Below the pieces are notes generated by a model. The model saw only the letters and a list, made by a program, of their open reading frames with translations, did no database searches and had not been told where the DNA came from. A stretch of 58,051 nucleotides of DNA from Candidatus Limnocylindria bacterium (GTDB taxonomy: Bacteria; Chloroflexota; Limnocylindria; P2-11E), in the NCBI GenBank assembly GCA_035937095.1, contig DASYVN010000183.1:1-58051 (forward strand), written 5' to 3'. How positions within the stretch are numbered: position 1 is the stretch's first letter; every line of letters starts with the position of its first letter. This document shows positions 26,985-37,232 of this stretch, in pieces. The translations under genes and the position numbers were made by a program.

Positions 26985-27581
26985 CTAGCTCCGGCCGAGC
27001 TTCAGGAAGTACTCGTGGAACCGGCCATCCGGAGTGAGCTCCGGGTGGAACGACGTCGCCATGAGCTTGCCTTCACGTGCCGCGACGATCGTGCCGTCGA
27101 GTTCGGAAAGCACTTCGACGCCCGGACCGACCGACTCGATGAGCGGGGCGCGGATGAACACGGCGTGGAACGGCTCGCTCCCGAGCTGCGATACGTCGAG
27201 ATCCGCCTCGAACGAGTTGAGCTGCCGTCCGAACGCATTGCGACGGACGCGGATGTCCATCAGCTCCGCTAGCGGGTGCGGATGACCCGAGACATCGCGG
27301 GCGATGAAGATCGCGCCCGCGCACGTCCCCCACACCGCCATGCCTTCGGCGACGCGCTCGCGGAGCTTCGGGATGAACCCGTAGTGCGAGGCGAGCTTGC
27401 CGATCGTGGTGCTCTCTCCGCCGGGGATGACGAGCGCGTCGATCGCATCGAGCTGTTCGGGGCGACGGACGTCGACAGCGTCGATCCCGAGCCGCTGGAA
27501 GGTCTCGATGTGCTCGCGGAAGTCGCCCTGGAGGCCGAGGACGCCGGCGCGAGCTAGGCGGTCACCAACCGCGGACGGCAA
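26985..27581 (-). CDS. pdxT: Pyridoxal 5'-phosphate synthase, glutaminase subunit PdxT
   Basis: It has [12 protein letters not shown] and [11 protein letters not shown], the catalytic Cys in [10 protein letters not shown], and FHPELT. The only in-frame start near the homology is the TTG at 27581, which overlaps pdxS by 20 nt. Confidence 0.88.
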   Translation of the reverse strand: MPSAVGDRLARAGVLGLQGDFREHIETFQRLGIDAVDVRRPEQLDAIDALVIPGGESTTIGKLASHYGFIPKLRERVAEGMAVWGTCAGAIFIARDVSGHPHPLAELMDIRVRRNAFGRQLNSFEADLDVSQLGSEPFHAVFIRAPLIESVGPGVEVLSELDGTIVAAREGKLMATSFHPELTPDGRFHEYFLKLGRS

Positions 27582-28488
27582 GCCGTTCGCCTGCGGCGAG
27601 CGTCTCGAGCGCGATGCCGCGCATGGCCTGCCCGAGGCCACGAGAGACCTCGGCGATGAGCTGGGGGTCCATGAAGTGCGTCGTGGCCTCGACGATCGCC
27701 TTCGCGCGACGGAGCTGGTCCTTCGGGTCCTCGGACGCCTTGAAAATCCCACTACCGACGAAGTTGCCTTGCGCACCGAGCTGCATCATCAGGGCGGCGT
27801 CAGCGGGCGTCGCGATGCCGCCGGCGCAGAAGAGCACGACGGGCAGCTTCTTCGCCCTGGCGACCCCGCGCACCAGATCGAGCGGCACCCGGTACTCGGC
27901 CGCCTTCTCGCGAAGCTGCGACTCATCGAGGCCCGCGAGAGCCTCGATGCCGCCGGTGATCTCGCGGATGTGACGGACGGCCTCGACGATGTTGCCCGTG
28001 CCGGCCTCGCCCTTGCTGCGGATCATGGCCGCGCCTTCGCTGATACGGCGGAGTGCCTCACCGAGATCGCGCGCGCCGCAGACGAACGGCACGTCGAACT
28101 TCTTCTTGTCGATGTGAAACTTCTCGTCGGCAGGGGTGAGGACCTCGCTCTCGTCGACGTAGTCGACACCGATGGCCTGCAGCACCTGCGCCTCGACGAA
28201 GTGCCCGATGCGGGCCTTCGCCATCACCGGGATCGTGACCGTGTCCATGATCTCCGCGATGAGCTGCGGGTCGCTCATTCGCGCGACGCCACCCTCCTTC
28301 CGGATGTCGGAGGGGACTCGCTCGAGCGCCATGACCGCGACCGCTCCGGACTCTTCGGCGATCTTCGCGTGCTCGACGGTGACAACATCCATGATGACCC
28401 CGCCCTTGAGCATCTGGGCGAGGCCTGATTTCACCGTCCAAGTCGCCTTGGGAGTGTCCTTTGGGTGTCCGTTCCCGTTCTGAGCCAT
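27562..28488 (-). CDS. pdxS: Pyridoxal 5'-phosphate synthase, lyase subunit PdxS
   Basis: 308 aa with [14 protein letters not shown], the Schiff-base Lys in [21 protein letters not shown] and [11 protein letters not shown]. Confidence 0.95.
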   Translation of the reverse strand: MAQNGNGHPKDTPKATWTVKSGLAQMLKGGVIMDVVTVEHAKIAEESGAVAVMALERVPSDIRKEGGVARMSDPQLIAEIMDTVTIPVMAKARIGHFVEAQVLQAIGVDYVDESEVLTPADEKFHIDKKKFDVPFVCGARDLGEALRRISEGAAMIRSKGEAGTGNIVEAVRHIREITGGIEALAGLDESQLREKAAEYRVPLDLVRGVARAKKLPVVLFCAGGIATPADAALMMQLGAQGNFVGSGIFKASEDPKDQLRRAKAIVEATTHFMDPQLIAEVSRGLGQAMRGIALETLAAGERLAVRGW

Positions 28489-28516
28489 CGGAAGCCCAAT
28501 CGTACCGCTCCACCCC

Positions 28517-28522
28517 TAAAAT
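28517..28522 (+). promoter_or_regulatory. Candidate -10 box TAAAAT, 6 nt upstream of the HNH ATG (leaderless mRNA)
   Basis: The sequence reads CCC-TAAAAT-CGGAAC-ATG with no SD. The intergenic region is only 40 nt. Confidence 0.4.
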
Positions 28523-28528
28523 CGGAAC

Positions 28529-29062
28529 ATGGGCCTGGTCGACGCGAACGTCCTCGTGCTCAACCTGGACTACCAGCCGTTGAACGTATGCAACGTGCGC
28601 CGCGCGGTGGTTCTCATGGATAAGCAGAAGGCCGTCGTCATCGAGCAGAACGGACACATCGTTACCAGCGAACGAAGATCGATCGTCACGCCCTCAGTCA
28701 TCCGTCTCGCCTACCACATCAAACGCCCGCGACCCGTCCTGAAGATGACCCGCAAAGAAGTCCTCGTGCGCGACGACCACACCTGCCAGTACTGCGGCAA
28801 GCGCGGCCACGACCTCACCCTCGACCACGTGATCCCGCGGCATCGCGGCGGCCAGCACACCTGGGAGAACGTCGTCGCGGCGTGCAAGGGCTGTAACCAC
28901 AAGAAAGGCGGACGGACGCTGCAGGAATCGCACCTGACGCTCGCCCGCAAGCCCTTCAGGCCGCCATCCACGCCAAGCTACCTTTTCTCGAGCTACATCC
29001 GCGCCGGGGAGCGCACGTGGTTTAAGTTCCTCGGCGTCGAAGACTCCGCCGCCGCTTCCTAA
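28529..29062 (+). CDS. HNH endonuclease-domain protein
   Basis: 177 aa with CQYCGKRGHDLTLDHVIPRHRGGQHTWENVVAACKGCNHKKG, a canonical HNH/zinc motif. Confidence 0.85.
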   Translation: MGLVDANVLVLNLDYQPLNVCNVRRAVVLMDKQKAVVIEQNGHIVTSERRSIVTPSVIRLAYHIKRPRPVLKMTRKEVLVRDDHTCQYCGKRGHDLTLDHVIPRHRGGQHTWENVVAACKGCNHKKGGRTLQESHLTLARKPFRPPSTPSYLFSSYIRAGERTWFKFLGVEDSAAAS

Positions 29063-29071
29063 GCGGCAGAC

Positions 29072-29086
29072 TGGCACCGCACGTGC
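29072..29086 (+). promoter_or_regulatory. Candidate sigma-54 promoter TGGCAC-N5-GTGC
   Basis: TGGCACCGCACGTGC matches the -24 element 6/6 and the -12 TTGC element 3/4, at the correct spacing. It sits in the 40-nt gap before the GT4 ATG at 29103. It could be a chance match. Confidence 0.25.
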
Positions 29087-29102
29087 GTTCGACGTTCCTT
29101 CG

Positions 29103-30290
29103 ATGAAGCTGCTGTTCACGAAGCGTGGCTACTCCCCGATCGGCGGATCCGAGAGCCTCGCGTACCAGTTCGCGACGCGCCTCGCCGCGCGCGGGCATGA
29201 CGTTCGCGTCGTGTGCGCGTGGCCGACGGAGAATGAAGAGTCCGCGTACCGCGGCGCCGCGTTCGGTCCGGTCCTGTACGAGGACCATCGCGTGTTCGTC
29301 GACCAGGGCGTCGAGGTCGTCCAGGTGAAGCCCCGCGGCGGACTCCTCGGGATGGCGGCCGACGCGACGACGCTCGTTGACCTCATGCGCGGCGAGCTGC
29401 TCGAGCGATACGCGGAGGATCGCGACCTGATCCACAACGTCGGCCGCGAATACCTCGACTCGAGCATCGACGTGGCCGAGGAGCTCGGCATCCCGATCGC
29501 TCTGACGCCGCTCGCTCACCCCGGCCAGTTCCACGGCGGCGACAGTGCCGCGGACTTCGCGCGGTACCGGCTTGCGAGCGTCATCACCACGATGACCGAC
29601 TGGGAGCGCGACTGGCACGCGGCACACGGCATCGAAGGCGCGCGGATCGTCACCACGGGGATGGGGCCCAACGCGACAGCGAGCGGCGATGGCGCCGGCT
29701 TCCGCGCGCGACATGGCATTCCCGAGGACGCGCCGATCGTGCTCTACGTCGGACGCAAGGAGCGGTACAAGGGCTACATCCAGCTCCTCGACGCGACCGA
29801 AGTCGTGTGGCGCACGCACCCGCACGCGCGATTCGTCTTCATCGGTCTCCCGGGCTTCTACTCGACGTTCTTCGACGATTTCCAGCGGTACGCAGACGAG
29901 CGGGTCATCCATCTGGAGAACGCATCCGCCACCGACAAGGACGCGGCGCTCGAGGCGTGCTCGCTGTTCGCGATGCCATCGCGCCACGAGACGTTCGGCC
30001 TTGGATATCTCGAGGCTTGGCTGCACGGCAAGCCGGTCATCGGTGGCGATATCCCGGCGTTGCGCGACGTCATCGACGACGGCAGCGATGGCATCGTGGT
30101 CCGCCAGCGGGCTGACGAGGTCGCGCGCGCGATCCTGCGGCTCCTCGATGACCCCGCGAGCGCGCGGGCCATGGGCGAGCGCGGTCGGACGAAGGTCGAG
30201 ACCCGCTGGAGCTGGAACGCGGTGATGGATCGCGTCGAGGCGGCGCACGCAATCGCCATGGGCGTCGAGCGGGAGACGACCGCCGCCTAG
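29103..30290 (+). CDS. Family 4 (GT-B) glycosyltransferase
   Basis: 395 aa with the GT4 N-terminus (GGSESLAYQFATRLAARGHDV) and the C-terminal E-x7-E region (SRHETFGLGYLEAWLHGKPVIG). Confidence 0.85.
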   Translation: MKLLFTKRGYSPIGGSESLAYQFATRLAARGHDVRVVCAWPTENEESAYRGAAFGPVLYEDHRVFVDQGVEVVQVKPRGGLLGMAADATTLVDLMRGELLERYAEDRDLIHNVGREYLDSSIDVAEELGIPIALTPLAHPGQFHGGDSAADFARYRLASVITTMTDWERDWHAAHGIEGARIVTTGMGPNATASGDGAGFRARHGIPEDAPIVLYVGRKERYKGYIQLLDATEVVWRTHPHARFVFIGLPGFYSTFFDDFQRYADERVIHLENASATDKDAALEACSLFAMPSRHETFGLGYLEAWLHGKPVIGGDIPALRDVIDDGSDGIVVRQRADEVARAILRLLDDPASARAMGERGRTKVETRWSWNAVMDRVEAAHAIAMGVERETTAA

Positions 30291-30300
30291 GCTCAGCCGG

Positions 30301-31401
30301 GTGCGCGTGATCATCGCGAAGAAGCTGCTCTCGACGGTCGGTGGATCGGAAGCACAGGCCCGCGCGCTCGCAGCTGCGCTCCGCGATCGCGGGCACGACG
30401 TCACGCTCGTCGGCCTGCGTCCCGCGGTCCGCCGGACCGGCATCCCTGCCCGCGTGTACGACGCGCCGCCGGGTGATGTCGTCATCGAGGACGCTGGCCT
30501 GACCTACCGGTTCATCGCGAGTCCCGTCGCGCTGCTCGAGGGGACGCTCCCGGTGTCGCTCATCGATCCCGATCGGCTGCGCGCAGGGATCGCCGGCGCG
30601 GACGTGGTGCACTGCCTCGCGCGCGAGTGGGCCGGGCCCTACGAACGGGCCGCGCGTGCCGCGGGTGCCGCCTTCGTCGAGACGCCGCTCGTGCATCCCG
30701 GCCAGCCGTTTTCGGGTGACGGGCCGGCGGATGTCGCGCGTTACCGGCGCGACGCGGCGGTCATCGGCCTGACCGAGTGGGAGGCGGAGTGGTACCGCGC
30801 GCGGGGCGTCGAGCGCGCCTTCGTGACCGGGGTCGGCCCGATCCTGACCGCGACGATCCCGGAACGCCCGCCCGACCCGTCAACGATCCTGTTCGTCGGC
30901 AGAAAGGAGCGGTACAAGGGATACGACGCGCTCCGTGGCGCGGCGCGGCTCGTCTGGCGCGAACATCCGGACGCGCGATTCGTGGTGATCGGGCAGCGGC
31001 GCTTCCTCGGACCGGCGCCGCTGGCCGACGCGCGGTGGTCGGAGCCGGGGATCGTCAGCGAAGAGCGCAAGGCCGCGGCGTACGCGGACGCGACGATCTT
31101 CGCGATGCCATCGGACCACGAGACCTTCGGCCACACGTACCTCGAGGCGTGGTGCGCCGGACGACCGGTGATCGCCGGCGACATCCCGCCGCTGCGGGAG
31201 GTCGTGCGCGACGGGATCGACGGCCTTCACGCGGCGAACGATCCGCGCGCGGTCGCGGACACCATCCTCACGCTGCTCGCCGACCCGGCCCGCGCGGCCG
31301 CGATGGGTGCCTCGGGTCGCCGTCGAGTGCAGGAGCGATTCACCTGGCCCCACGTCGCCGCACGGACCGAAGCCGCGTACGAAGCCGCGCGGCTAGCATG
31401 A
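30301..31401 (+). CDS. Family 4 (GT-B) glycosyltransferase, a paralogue of the preceding gene
   Basis: 366 aa with a GTG start and the same motifs (GGSEAQARALAAALRDRGHDV; SDHETFGHTYLEAWCAGRPVIA). Confidence 0.85.
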   Translation: MRVIIAKKLLSTVGGSEAQARALAAALRDRGHDVTLVGLRPAVRRTGIPARVYDAPPGDVVIEDAGLTYRFIASPVALLEGTLPVSLIDPDRLRAGIAGADVVHCLAREWAGPYERAARAAGAAFVETPLVHPGQPFSGDGPADVARYRRDAAVIGLTEWEAEWYRARGVERAFVTGVGPILTATIPERPPDPSTILFVGRKERYKGYDALRGAARLVWREHPDARFVVIGQRRFLGPAPLADARWSEPGIVSEERKAAAYADATIFAMPSDHETFGHTYLEAWCAGRPVIAGDIPPLREVVRDGIDGLHAANDPRAVADTILTLLADPARAAAMGASGRRRVQERFTWPHVAARTEAAYEAARLA

Positions 31402-32417
31402 CCGCGATGCGTGGAGTCATTGGCCAGCGCGCGATGCTCGAGAGACTCGGCGCGCGCGCGGCGCGCGGCGATGTCGCGCACGCCTACGGTCTCTTCGGCC
31501 CGCGATCCATCGGCAAGCGCACCGTCGCGATCCGCCTCGCCCAGACCCTCAATTGTCTCGATCCGAAGCGCCCGTCAGGCGGATGCGGCGTCTGCCGCGC
31601 CTGCCTGAACATCGAGCGCGGCGTCCATCCCGACCTCCGGACGATTGAGCGCGCTGCCGACCGCAAGGACATCCTCATCGAGCAGATCATCGAGATGCAG
31701 ACCGATCTCGCGCTGCGTCCGCTCGAAGGGCGCGCCCGCATCGTGATCATCGACGACGCCGGCGACATGAACCAATATGCGCAAGACGCCCTCCTGAAAA
31801 CGCTCGAGGAGCCACCGAAGCACGCGGTGATCCTGTTGATCTCGGTCGCGCCGATGTCGCTCCACGAGACGATCCAGTCGCGGCTGCAGGCACTTGCGTT
31901 CCGGTCCGTCTCCAGCGGCGAGATCGCAACCGGCCTGGCTGAACGCAAGGTACAGGACGCGGCGGGCATCGCCGCCGCCGCGGCAGGACGTCCCGGCATC
32001 GCGATCAGGCTCGCGACCGACGAAGGCGGCGAGCGCACGATGCGCCGCGCGATCGAGAAGGAGTTCTTCAAGCTCGTCGGCAGCGGCCTTACCGACCGCT
32101 TCGAGTGGGCCGTGAAGCTTTCCGATGAAAGCGACCCGCGCAAGCGCTCCGAGGCCATCGAAGTGCGCCTGGAACATTGGATCGAGCTACTCCGCGACTC
32201 TGCGGTGCGAGCGCGTGGCGTCGACGGCGACGCGCTCCGTCCCGATCGCGCCGCCGAGACCGCGCGGATCGCGGCAAAGACCGACGCTCGCGACCTCGTA
32301 GACGCGTCGCTGCTCGTGCAGAGGCTTCGCCGGGACCTCTTCTGGAACGCGAACGCGCGGGCGATGCTCGAGATCCTCGCGCTCAAGCTTCCGTACGTGG
32401 AGGGAGCGGCCGCATGA
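31398..32417 (+). CDS. holB: DNA polymerase III delta-prime subunit
   Basis: 339 aa with HAYGLFGPRSIGKRT and the Zn module CLDPKRPSGGCGVCRAC, followed by IIDDAGDMNQYAQDALLKTLEEPP. The ATG overlaps the GT4 stop (ATGA). Confidence 0.88.
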   Translation: MTAMRGVIGQRAMLERLGARAARGDVAHAYGLFGPRSIGKRTVAIRLAQTLNCLDPKRPSGGCGVCRACLNIERGVHPDLRTIERAADRKDILIEQIIEMQTDLALRPLEGRARIVIIDDAGDMNQYAQDALLKTLEEPPKHAVILLISVAPMSLHETIQSRLQALAFRSVSSGEIATGLAERKVQDAAGIAAAAAGRPGIAIRLATDEGGERTMRRAIEKEFFKLVGSGLTDRFEWAVKLSDESDPRKRSEAIEVRLEHWIELLRDSAVRARGVDGDALRPDRAAETARIAAKTDARDLVDASLLVQRLRRDLFWNANARAMLEILALKLPYVEGAAA

Positions 32418-33409
32418 CGCGCATCGTCGTCGGGGCCCGCTTCCAGACGGCCGGCCGGATGTACTTCTTCGAGCCCGGCCCCGTCGATGATCTGGCGATC
32501 AACGAGTGGGTGATCGTCCAGACGGAGCTCGGTCAGGACGCGGCGCGCGTGCAGATCCTCCCGACGGACTCACCGCTCGTGCAGATCGACCCACCGCTCG
32601 GCACGCTCGTCCGCAAGGCGACGGCGAGCGACAAGTTCGAGCTCGCGAAGCACAAGCGGCGCGAGACCGAGTCGACGCAGGCCGCTGCGGAGACGGCCCG
32701 GCGGCTCGCCCTCGAGATCCACGTCCTCGGGACGGACTGGCAGTTCGATGGCGGCAACGTCGTGGTCTTCTATTCGACGGAGGCCGCCGGCCCCGATCTC
32801 GCGCCGTTCAGCGCGGAACTCGCGGCGCAGTTCGGTACGCGGGTGGAGCTCCGCCGGCTGGGCGCCCGCGATGAGACGAAGGTGCTGACCGGTGTCGGTA
32901 CCTGCGGGCGTGAGCTCTGCTGCTCGTCGTGGCTCGACAAGTTCTCGAACATCTCGATCCGCATGGCCAAGGACCAAGACCTCCCGCTCAACCAGAGCAA
33001 GCTCACGGGCGTGTGCGGTCGGTTGAAGTGCTGCCTCATCTACGAGCTCGAGACGTACCAAGAGGTGAAGGGCAAGCTCCCGAAGCTCGGCGAGACCTTC
33101 CACATCCCGTCGTGCGTGAGCGGCCAATGCGGTACCGGCGGCTGCGCCCAGGTCCAGGGCGTCTCCATGACCAAGGAGTCGATCGTCGTCGGCATGGTCG
33201 ATGGCAGCCGGGCCACCATGACCGCGGAGGAGCTCGGCGTGACCTTCGATCCGGTGCCGGCCCACACGAGGGGCGTCGGCTCGTATGGCTCAGATGAGAT
33301 CCCGCGTCAGGAGCGCGCGACCCCGGTGCCGCTTCCCGGTGCGGGCCCCCGGCGGCGGCGGCGCCGTGGGGGACGCCGCCGCGGCGGCCGTCCGGGAGGC
33401 CAGAGCTAG
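32414..33409 (+). CDS. ricT: PSP1-domain protein RicT/YaaT
   Basis: 331 aa with the PSP1 core, including the Cys cluster GTCGRELCCSSWL...CGRLKCCL, and an Arg-rich tail. The ATG overlaps the holB stop (ATGA). Confidence 0.85.
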   Translation: MTRIVVGARFQTAGRMYFFEPGPVDDLAINEWVIVQTELGQDAARVQILPTDSPLVQIDPPLGTLVRKATASDKFELAKHKRRETESTQAAAETARRLALEIHVLGTDWQFDGGNVVVFYSTEAAGPDLAPFSAELAAQFGTRVELRRLGARDETKVLTGVGTCGRELCCSSWLDKFSNISIRMAKDQDLPLNQSKLTGVCGRLKCCLIYELETYQEVKGKLPKLGETFHIPSCVSGQCGTGGCAQVQGVSMTKESIVVGMVDGSRATMTAEELGVTFDPVPAHTRGVGSYGSDEIPRQERATPVPLPGAGPRRRRRRGGRRRGGRPGGQS

Positions 33410-34383
33410 CGGGCCCGGCGCACCACGAAGCCGGCGATGTCGCGTAGTGCGTCGCGCTCCGGCCGGTCGGGTAACGCATCCAGCGCGGTGACGGCCGCGT
33501 CGTGGAACGCACGCGCCTTGGCACGCGCACGCTCGACCCCACCCGACTCGCGGATGATCCGAAGGAGCTCGCGCAGCTCGCCGACATCCTTGCCAGGCGC
33601 GACGATCCGCGCGCCGAGCGAGGGATCGCCGGTCTCTTCGACGGCGTAGATCATCGGCAGCGTCGGCATCCCCTCCGCCAGGTCACGGCCGACCGTCTTG
33701 CCGAAGTCCGTCTCGTCGCCCGCGACATCGAGGACGTCGTCGGTGATCTGGAACGCGAGCCCGAGGTTCGTGCCGTACGCGCCGAGCGCGGCGACGTGCT
33801 CCGCCTCCGCATCGGCGAGCAGCGCGGCGCCCTGGCAGCACGCGGCGTACAGGCTCGCGGTCTTCAGCTCGATCCGCTCGAAGTACGCGACCTCGGTCGG
33901 CAGCGCGCGTGAGGCGGTCACTTCGTTCAGCTCGCCGTCGCACAGCGCGAAGACCGTCTGCGCCACGATCGCAATGACCTCCGGCTTGGGGAGCACGGCG
34001 GCCAGGGCATACGCCTTCGCGAACAGGTAGTCCCCCACGATCAGAGCGACGTCGTCGTCCCACGTGGCGTTCACCGTCGCGACGTTCCGCCGGAGCTCGG
34101 CCTCGTCGACGATGTCGTCGTGGACGAGCGACGCGGTGTGAACGAGCTCAAGCGACTGCGCCAAGTTGAGCACGACCTCTCCGTCGTGGGATGGCCCGAA
34201 GCGCGCGGATAGGAACACGAGCGTCGGTCGTAATAGCTTGCCCGGCGAACCAAACAGATGCTGGACCGCCGCCGCGAACGTCGGGTGCGCGCCGACGCCG
34301 ACCTCGAGCAGCCGCCGCTGGAGCTCCTGGAGCTCCGCGTCGACGGGTGCGTAGAAGGTCCGTTCGGCTCCCCTCGTGGCCAC
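33406..34383 (-). CDS. trans-Polyprenyl diphosphate synthase (FPP/GGPP or longer-chain synthase family)
   Basis: 325 aa with the first and second Asp-rich motifs LVHDDIVDE and QITDDVLD. Confidence 0.9.
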   Translation of the reverse strand: MATRGAERTFYAPVDAELQELQRRLLEVGVGAHPTFAAAVQHLFGSPGKLLRPTLVFLSARFGPSHDGEVVLNLAQSLELVHTASLVHDDIVDEAELRRNVATVNATWDDDVALIVGDYLFAKAYALAAVLPKPEVIAIVAQTVFALCDGELNEVTASRALPTEVAYFERIELKTASLYAACCQGAALLADAEAEHVAALGAYGTNLGLAFQITDDVLDVAGDETDFGKTVGRDLAEGMPTLPMIYAVEETGDPSLGARIVAPGKDVGELRELLRIIRESGGVERARAKARAFHDAAVTALDALPDRPERDALRDIAGFVVRRAR

Positions 34384-34404
34384 GAAGGAAAGTCTAGGTT
34401 CGGC

Positions 34405-36771
34405 TTACGGCTTCCTCGTTGGCTTCGGCTGCGGGGTCGGAGCCGGTGGCCGGGTCTGGTTCGGCAGCGGCGTCGGTGACTCGTCACCTGGGCTGGCCGA
34501 AGGCGAAGGGCTCGGCTTGGCGTAGCCGCAGATGTTCCAGTTGAACCGGCCGTAGTTGTATGCGCCCCCGTTCGCGGCGCTCGCCCACTTGCCGATGTCG
34601 GCGGACCAGTCGGCGAAAGGGATGTTGATCTTGTAGCAGCCTCCGGCGAGGTACACGTTGCGGTCGTCGCTCGTGGGCTCGGTGCCCTGCACGTACTGCT
34701 CGGTCCAACGGAAGCTCGACGGGCAGTTCGGGCCGGGCAGCATGCCCGAGCCATTGCCACCGGTGAGCGACGGGTTCACGCAGACGACCTTGTCCACGAT
34801 GCCCGCGGGACGCGCGAACCCATCCGGCGGCAGCGCGCCCGTGACCGTCTTCATGTAGTCGCGCCACAGGATCCCCGGACCCAGCGCCGAGCTGATGCCG
34901 TTCATCTGGCTGTTGTCGGAGTTCCCCATCCAGATCGCCGTGAGGCGCGTCGGGGTGTAGCCGATCGCCAGCACGTCCTGCAGGTTGTCGGTCGTTCCGG
35001 TCTTCAATGCGGCCGGACGCCCGATCGAGGTGAACGGACCGAACACGAACGAGCCGTGCACCGGGTCGGTGTTGTCCTTGAGGATGTTGGTCATGACCCA
35101 CGCGACGCGCTCGTCGATGACCTGCTTCGTCTCGGGCTTGCTGAAGTCCCGCGCGACCTTGCCGCTGCTGTCGACGATCTTCAAGATGAAGGTCGGCTCG
35201 ATCCGGCGGCCGTAGTTCGCGACGACCTGATAGCCGCTCGCCATGTCGATGAGCCGCATCTCGGCCGCGCCGATCCCGAAGCTGACGCCGAGCCGCGAGC
35301 GATCGAATTCACGCTGGATGCCGAGCTGGTGGATCGTGTCGATGATCGCGTCGACCCCGACCATCCGCGTCACGTTGAGGGCCGGCAGGTTCAGCGACTC
35401 GCGCAGCGCCTGCCGGATGGTCACCGGGCCGTGCTGCTCCTTCGTCGCGTCCTTCGGCGAGTACGTCGTGCCGCTGCCGTCCGGCATGTTGAACTGGATG
35501 TCGTTCAGCACCGTCGAGGCGGTCATGCCCCCCTTCAACAGGCCGGTCAGGTACGTGAAGAGCTTGAACGTGGAGCCGGGCTGGCGAAGAGCGATGCCGG
35601 CGGCGTCGTAGTCGCCCTGCACCTTGACCGAGTGATCGTAGTAATCCTTGCTTCCGACGTACGCGAGGATCTCTCCGGTCGTCGGGTCCATCGTGATGAG
35701 CGCGGCATTGTTCACGTTCGCGAACTTCAGCCCATCGACGTGGTCCTTGACCTCTTTTTCGGCGAGCTGCTGCATGTTGTAGTCGAGCGTCGTGTACACG
35801 CGGTAGCCACCCTGATACGCGGCCTTCTCGCCCAGCAGATTGATGAGCTGCTCGCGCGCGCGGAACGTGAAGTGCGGCGCGTACAGCGACGTTTGCGCAG
35901 GCGTGACCTTGATCGGCTCGGCCTTCGCGGCGTCGGCCTGCGCCTGGGTGACGAATCCGAACTCGACCATCGCGTCCAGCACGAGGGCGCGCCGCGCGGC
36001 GGCCGCGGTCGGATTCTGGACCGGGTCGAAGTCGGACGGGGCCTGGGGCAGGCCGGCGAGCAGCGCCATCTGACCGAGGGTGAGCTGATTCAGGTCGGCG
36101 ACGCCGAAGTACGTCTTCGCCGCCGCCTTCAGCCCGTAGGACTGATTGCCGTAGAAGATCTGGGACAGGTACATCTCGAGGATCTGCTGCTTGCTGAACG
36201 TCCGCGTCGCCTCGATGGCGAGGATCGCCTCCTTGATCTTCCGGGTGATCGTCGGCTCATCGCCCAGCAGCCGCGTCTTGATGAGCTGCTGGGTGATCGT
36301 CGAGCCACCTTGAGAGACGCCACCGCGCGCGAGGTTCACCTGCAGGGCGCGGACGATGCCGGCAGGATCGATCCCCGGGTTCGTCCAGAAGCTGTGGTCC
36401 TCGATGGCGATGGTCGCGTTCTGCATCATCACCGGGACCTCGGCGAGCGTGACGAGCTCGCGGCGCTGATCCTCGAGCGTGTAGAGGAGATGCTCGCCGG
36501 TGCGGTCGTAAATGTACGTGGACAGCGGGACCGGCACGGTCGCAAGCTCGTGTGCCGCGGGCAGGTCCGCCGCGAAATAGCCGAAGAAGGCGGCGGCGGC
36601 GGTGCCGGCGAAGATGCCGAAGGTGATGAGGATCGCCGTGAGGATGCCGGCGGTCGCGCCGAGCTTGCCGGCAGCCGAGGGGCGCCGGGACATGCGGCCG
36701 CGGCGGTGCGGCATCCGGTAGGCGCGATAGGCGCGGCCGAAGGTCGGCCCATTCCCGTTCCTAGAGGGCAT
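34405..36771 (-). CDS. ponA: Class A penicillin-binding protein (transglycosylase/transpeptidase, PBP1A type) with a Pro-rich C-terminal tail
   Basis: It has the GT51 motifs (IAIEDHSFWTNPGID, GGSTITQQL, RKIKE) and the transpeptidase motifs SxxK (PGSTFK) and KTGT. The start is set at the ATG at 36771 (MPSRNG...); internal ATGs at MPHRR and MSRRP are alternatives. The upstream part of the track ORF was rejected. Confidence 0.88.
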   Translation of the reverse strand: MPSRNGNGPTFGRAYRAYRMPHRRGRMSRRPSAAGKLGATAGILTAILITFGIFAGTAAAAFFGYFAADLPAAHELATVPVPLSTYIYDRTGEHLLYTLEDQRRELVTLAEVPVMMQNATIAIEDHSFWTNPGIDPAGIVRALQVNLARGGVSQGGSTITQQLIKTRLLGDEPTITRKIKEAILAIEATRTFSKQQILEMYLSQIFYGNQSYGLKAAAKTYFGVADLNQLTLGQMALLAGLPQAPSDFDPVQNPTAAAARRALVLDAMVEFGFVTQAQADAAKAEPIKVTPAQTSLYAPHFTFRAREQLINLLGEKAAYQGGYRVYTTLDYNMQQLAEKEVKDHVDGLKFANVNNAALITMDPTTGEILAYVGSKDYYDHSVKVQGDYDAAGIALRQPGSTFKLFTYLTGLLKGGMTASTVLNDIQFNMPDGSGTTYSPKDATKEQHGPVTIRQALRESLNLPALNVTRMVGVDAIIDTIHQLGIQREFDRSRLGVSFGIGAAEMRLIDMASGYQVVANYGRRIEPTFILKIVDSSGKVARDFSKPETKQVIDERVAWVMTNILKDNTDPVHGSFVFGPFTSIGRPAALKTGTTDNLQDVLAIGYTPTRLTAIWMGNSDNSQMNGISSALGPGILWRDYMKTVTGALPPDGFARPAGIVDKVVCVNPSLTGGNGSGMLPGPNCPSSFRWTEQYVQGTEPTSDDRNVYLAGGCYKINIPFADWSADIGKWASAANGGAYNYGRFNWNICGYAKPSPSPSASPGDESPTPLPNQTRPPAPTPQPKPTRKP

Positions 36772-36809
36772 CGGCGTCGTCACGATGCACGTAACGTGCC
36801 GGGGCTGGC

Positions 36810-37214
36810 CTAAGTGCGCGGTGAGCGGCCGAACAGCCGAGCGATCGTCTGGACGAGGGATGGCTGGGGCCGTGCGAGGTCGGCGCGCAGCCGTCGCTGG
36901 GCCTCCCGGGCGTCGCCCTCCCAGCGCTCGACGATCTCGCGGTCCTCGTCCTTCAGCGAATTCGCCGGTCCGCGCCGCTCCATCGCCGACTCCGCCGCGG
37001 GCATCCGCCCATAGAGATCCGCCGCGAACGCGTGGGCCGCGGGCAGCTCGCGCCCAACGGTCCCGGCGTGGAGCTGCCACTGGCCGTTCTCCAGGACGAA
37101 CGCTTGCTTCGTCTGGTCGAACATGCTCGTCAGCTCGAGGTTGGCCGCGAGCTCGCGATCGATCGCCGCGACGGCGCGCTCGAGCGCGGCCTGGGCGGCG
37201 GCGGAGCGTCCCAC
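36810..37214 (-). CDS. Hypothetical 134-aa protein immediately upstream of the PBP1A gene
   Basis: The GTG at 37214 has TACGCT exactly 6 nt upstream (leaderless geometry). I recognise no family. Confidence 0.45.
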   Translation of the reverse strand: MGRSAAAQAALERAVAAIDRELAANLELTSMFDQTKQAFVLENGQWQLHAGTVGRELPAAHAFAADLYGRMPAAESAMERRGPANSLKDEDREIVERWEGDAREAQRRLRADLARPQPSLVQTIARLFGRSPRT

Positions 37215-37220
37215 GGCACG

Positions 37221-37226
37221 AGCGTA
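37221..37226 (-). promoter_or_regulatory. Candidate -10 box TACGCT, 6 nt upstream of the GTG at 37214
   Basis: The minus strand reads GC-TACGCT-CGTGCC-GTG. Confidence 0.35.
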
Positions 37227-37232
37227 GCACGT

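Noticed and set aside
35056-36813. 585-aa plus-strand ORF
   Set aside because: It is antisense to the PBP1A gene. Its composition is an R/D/L/H-rich artefact.
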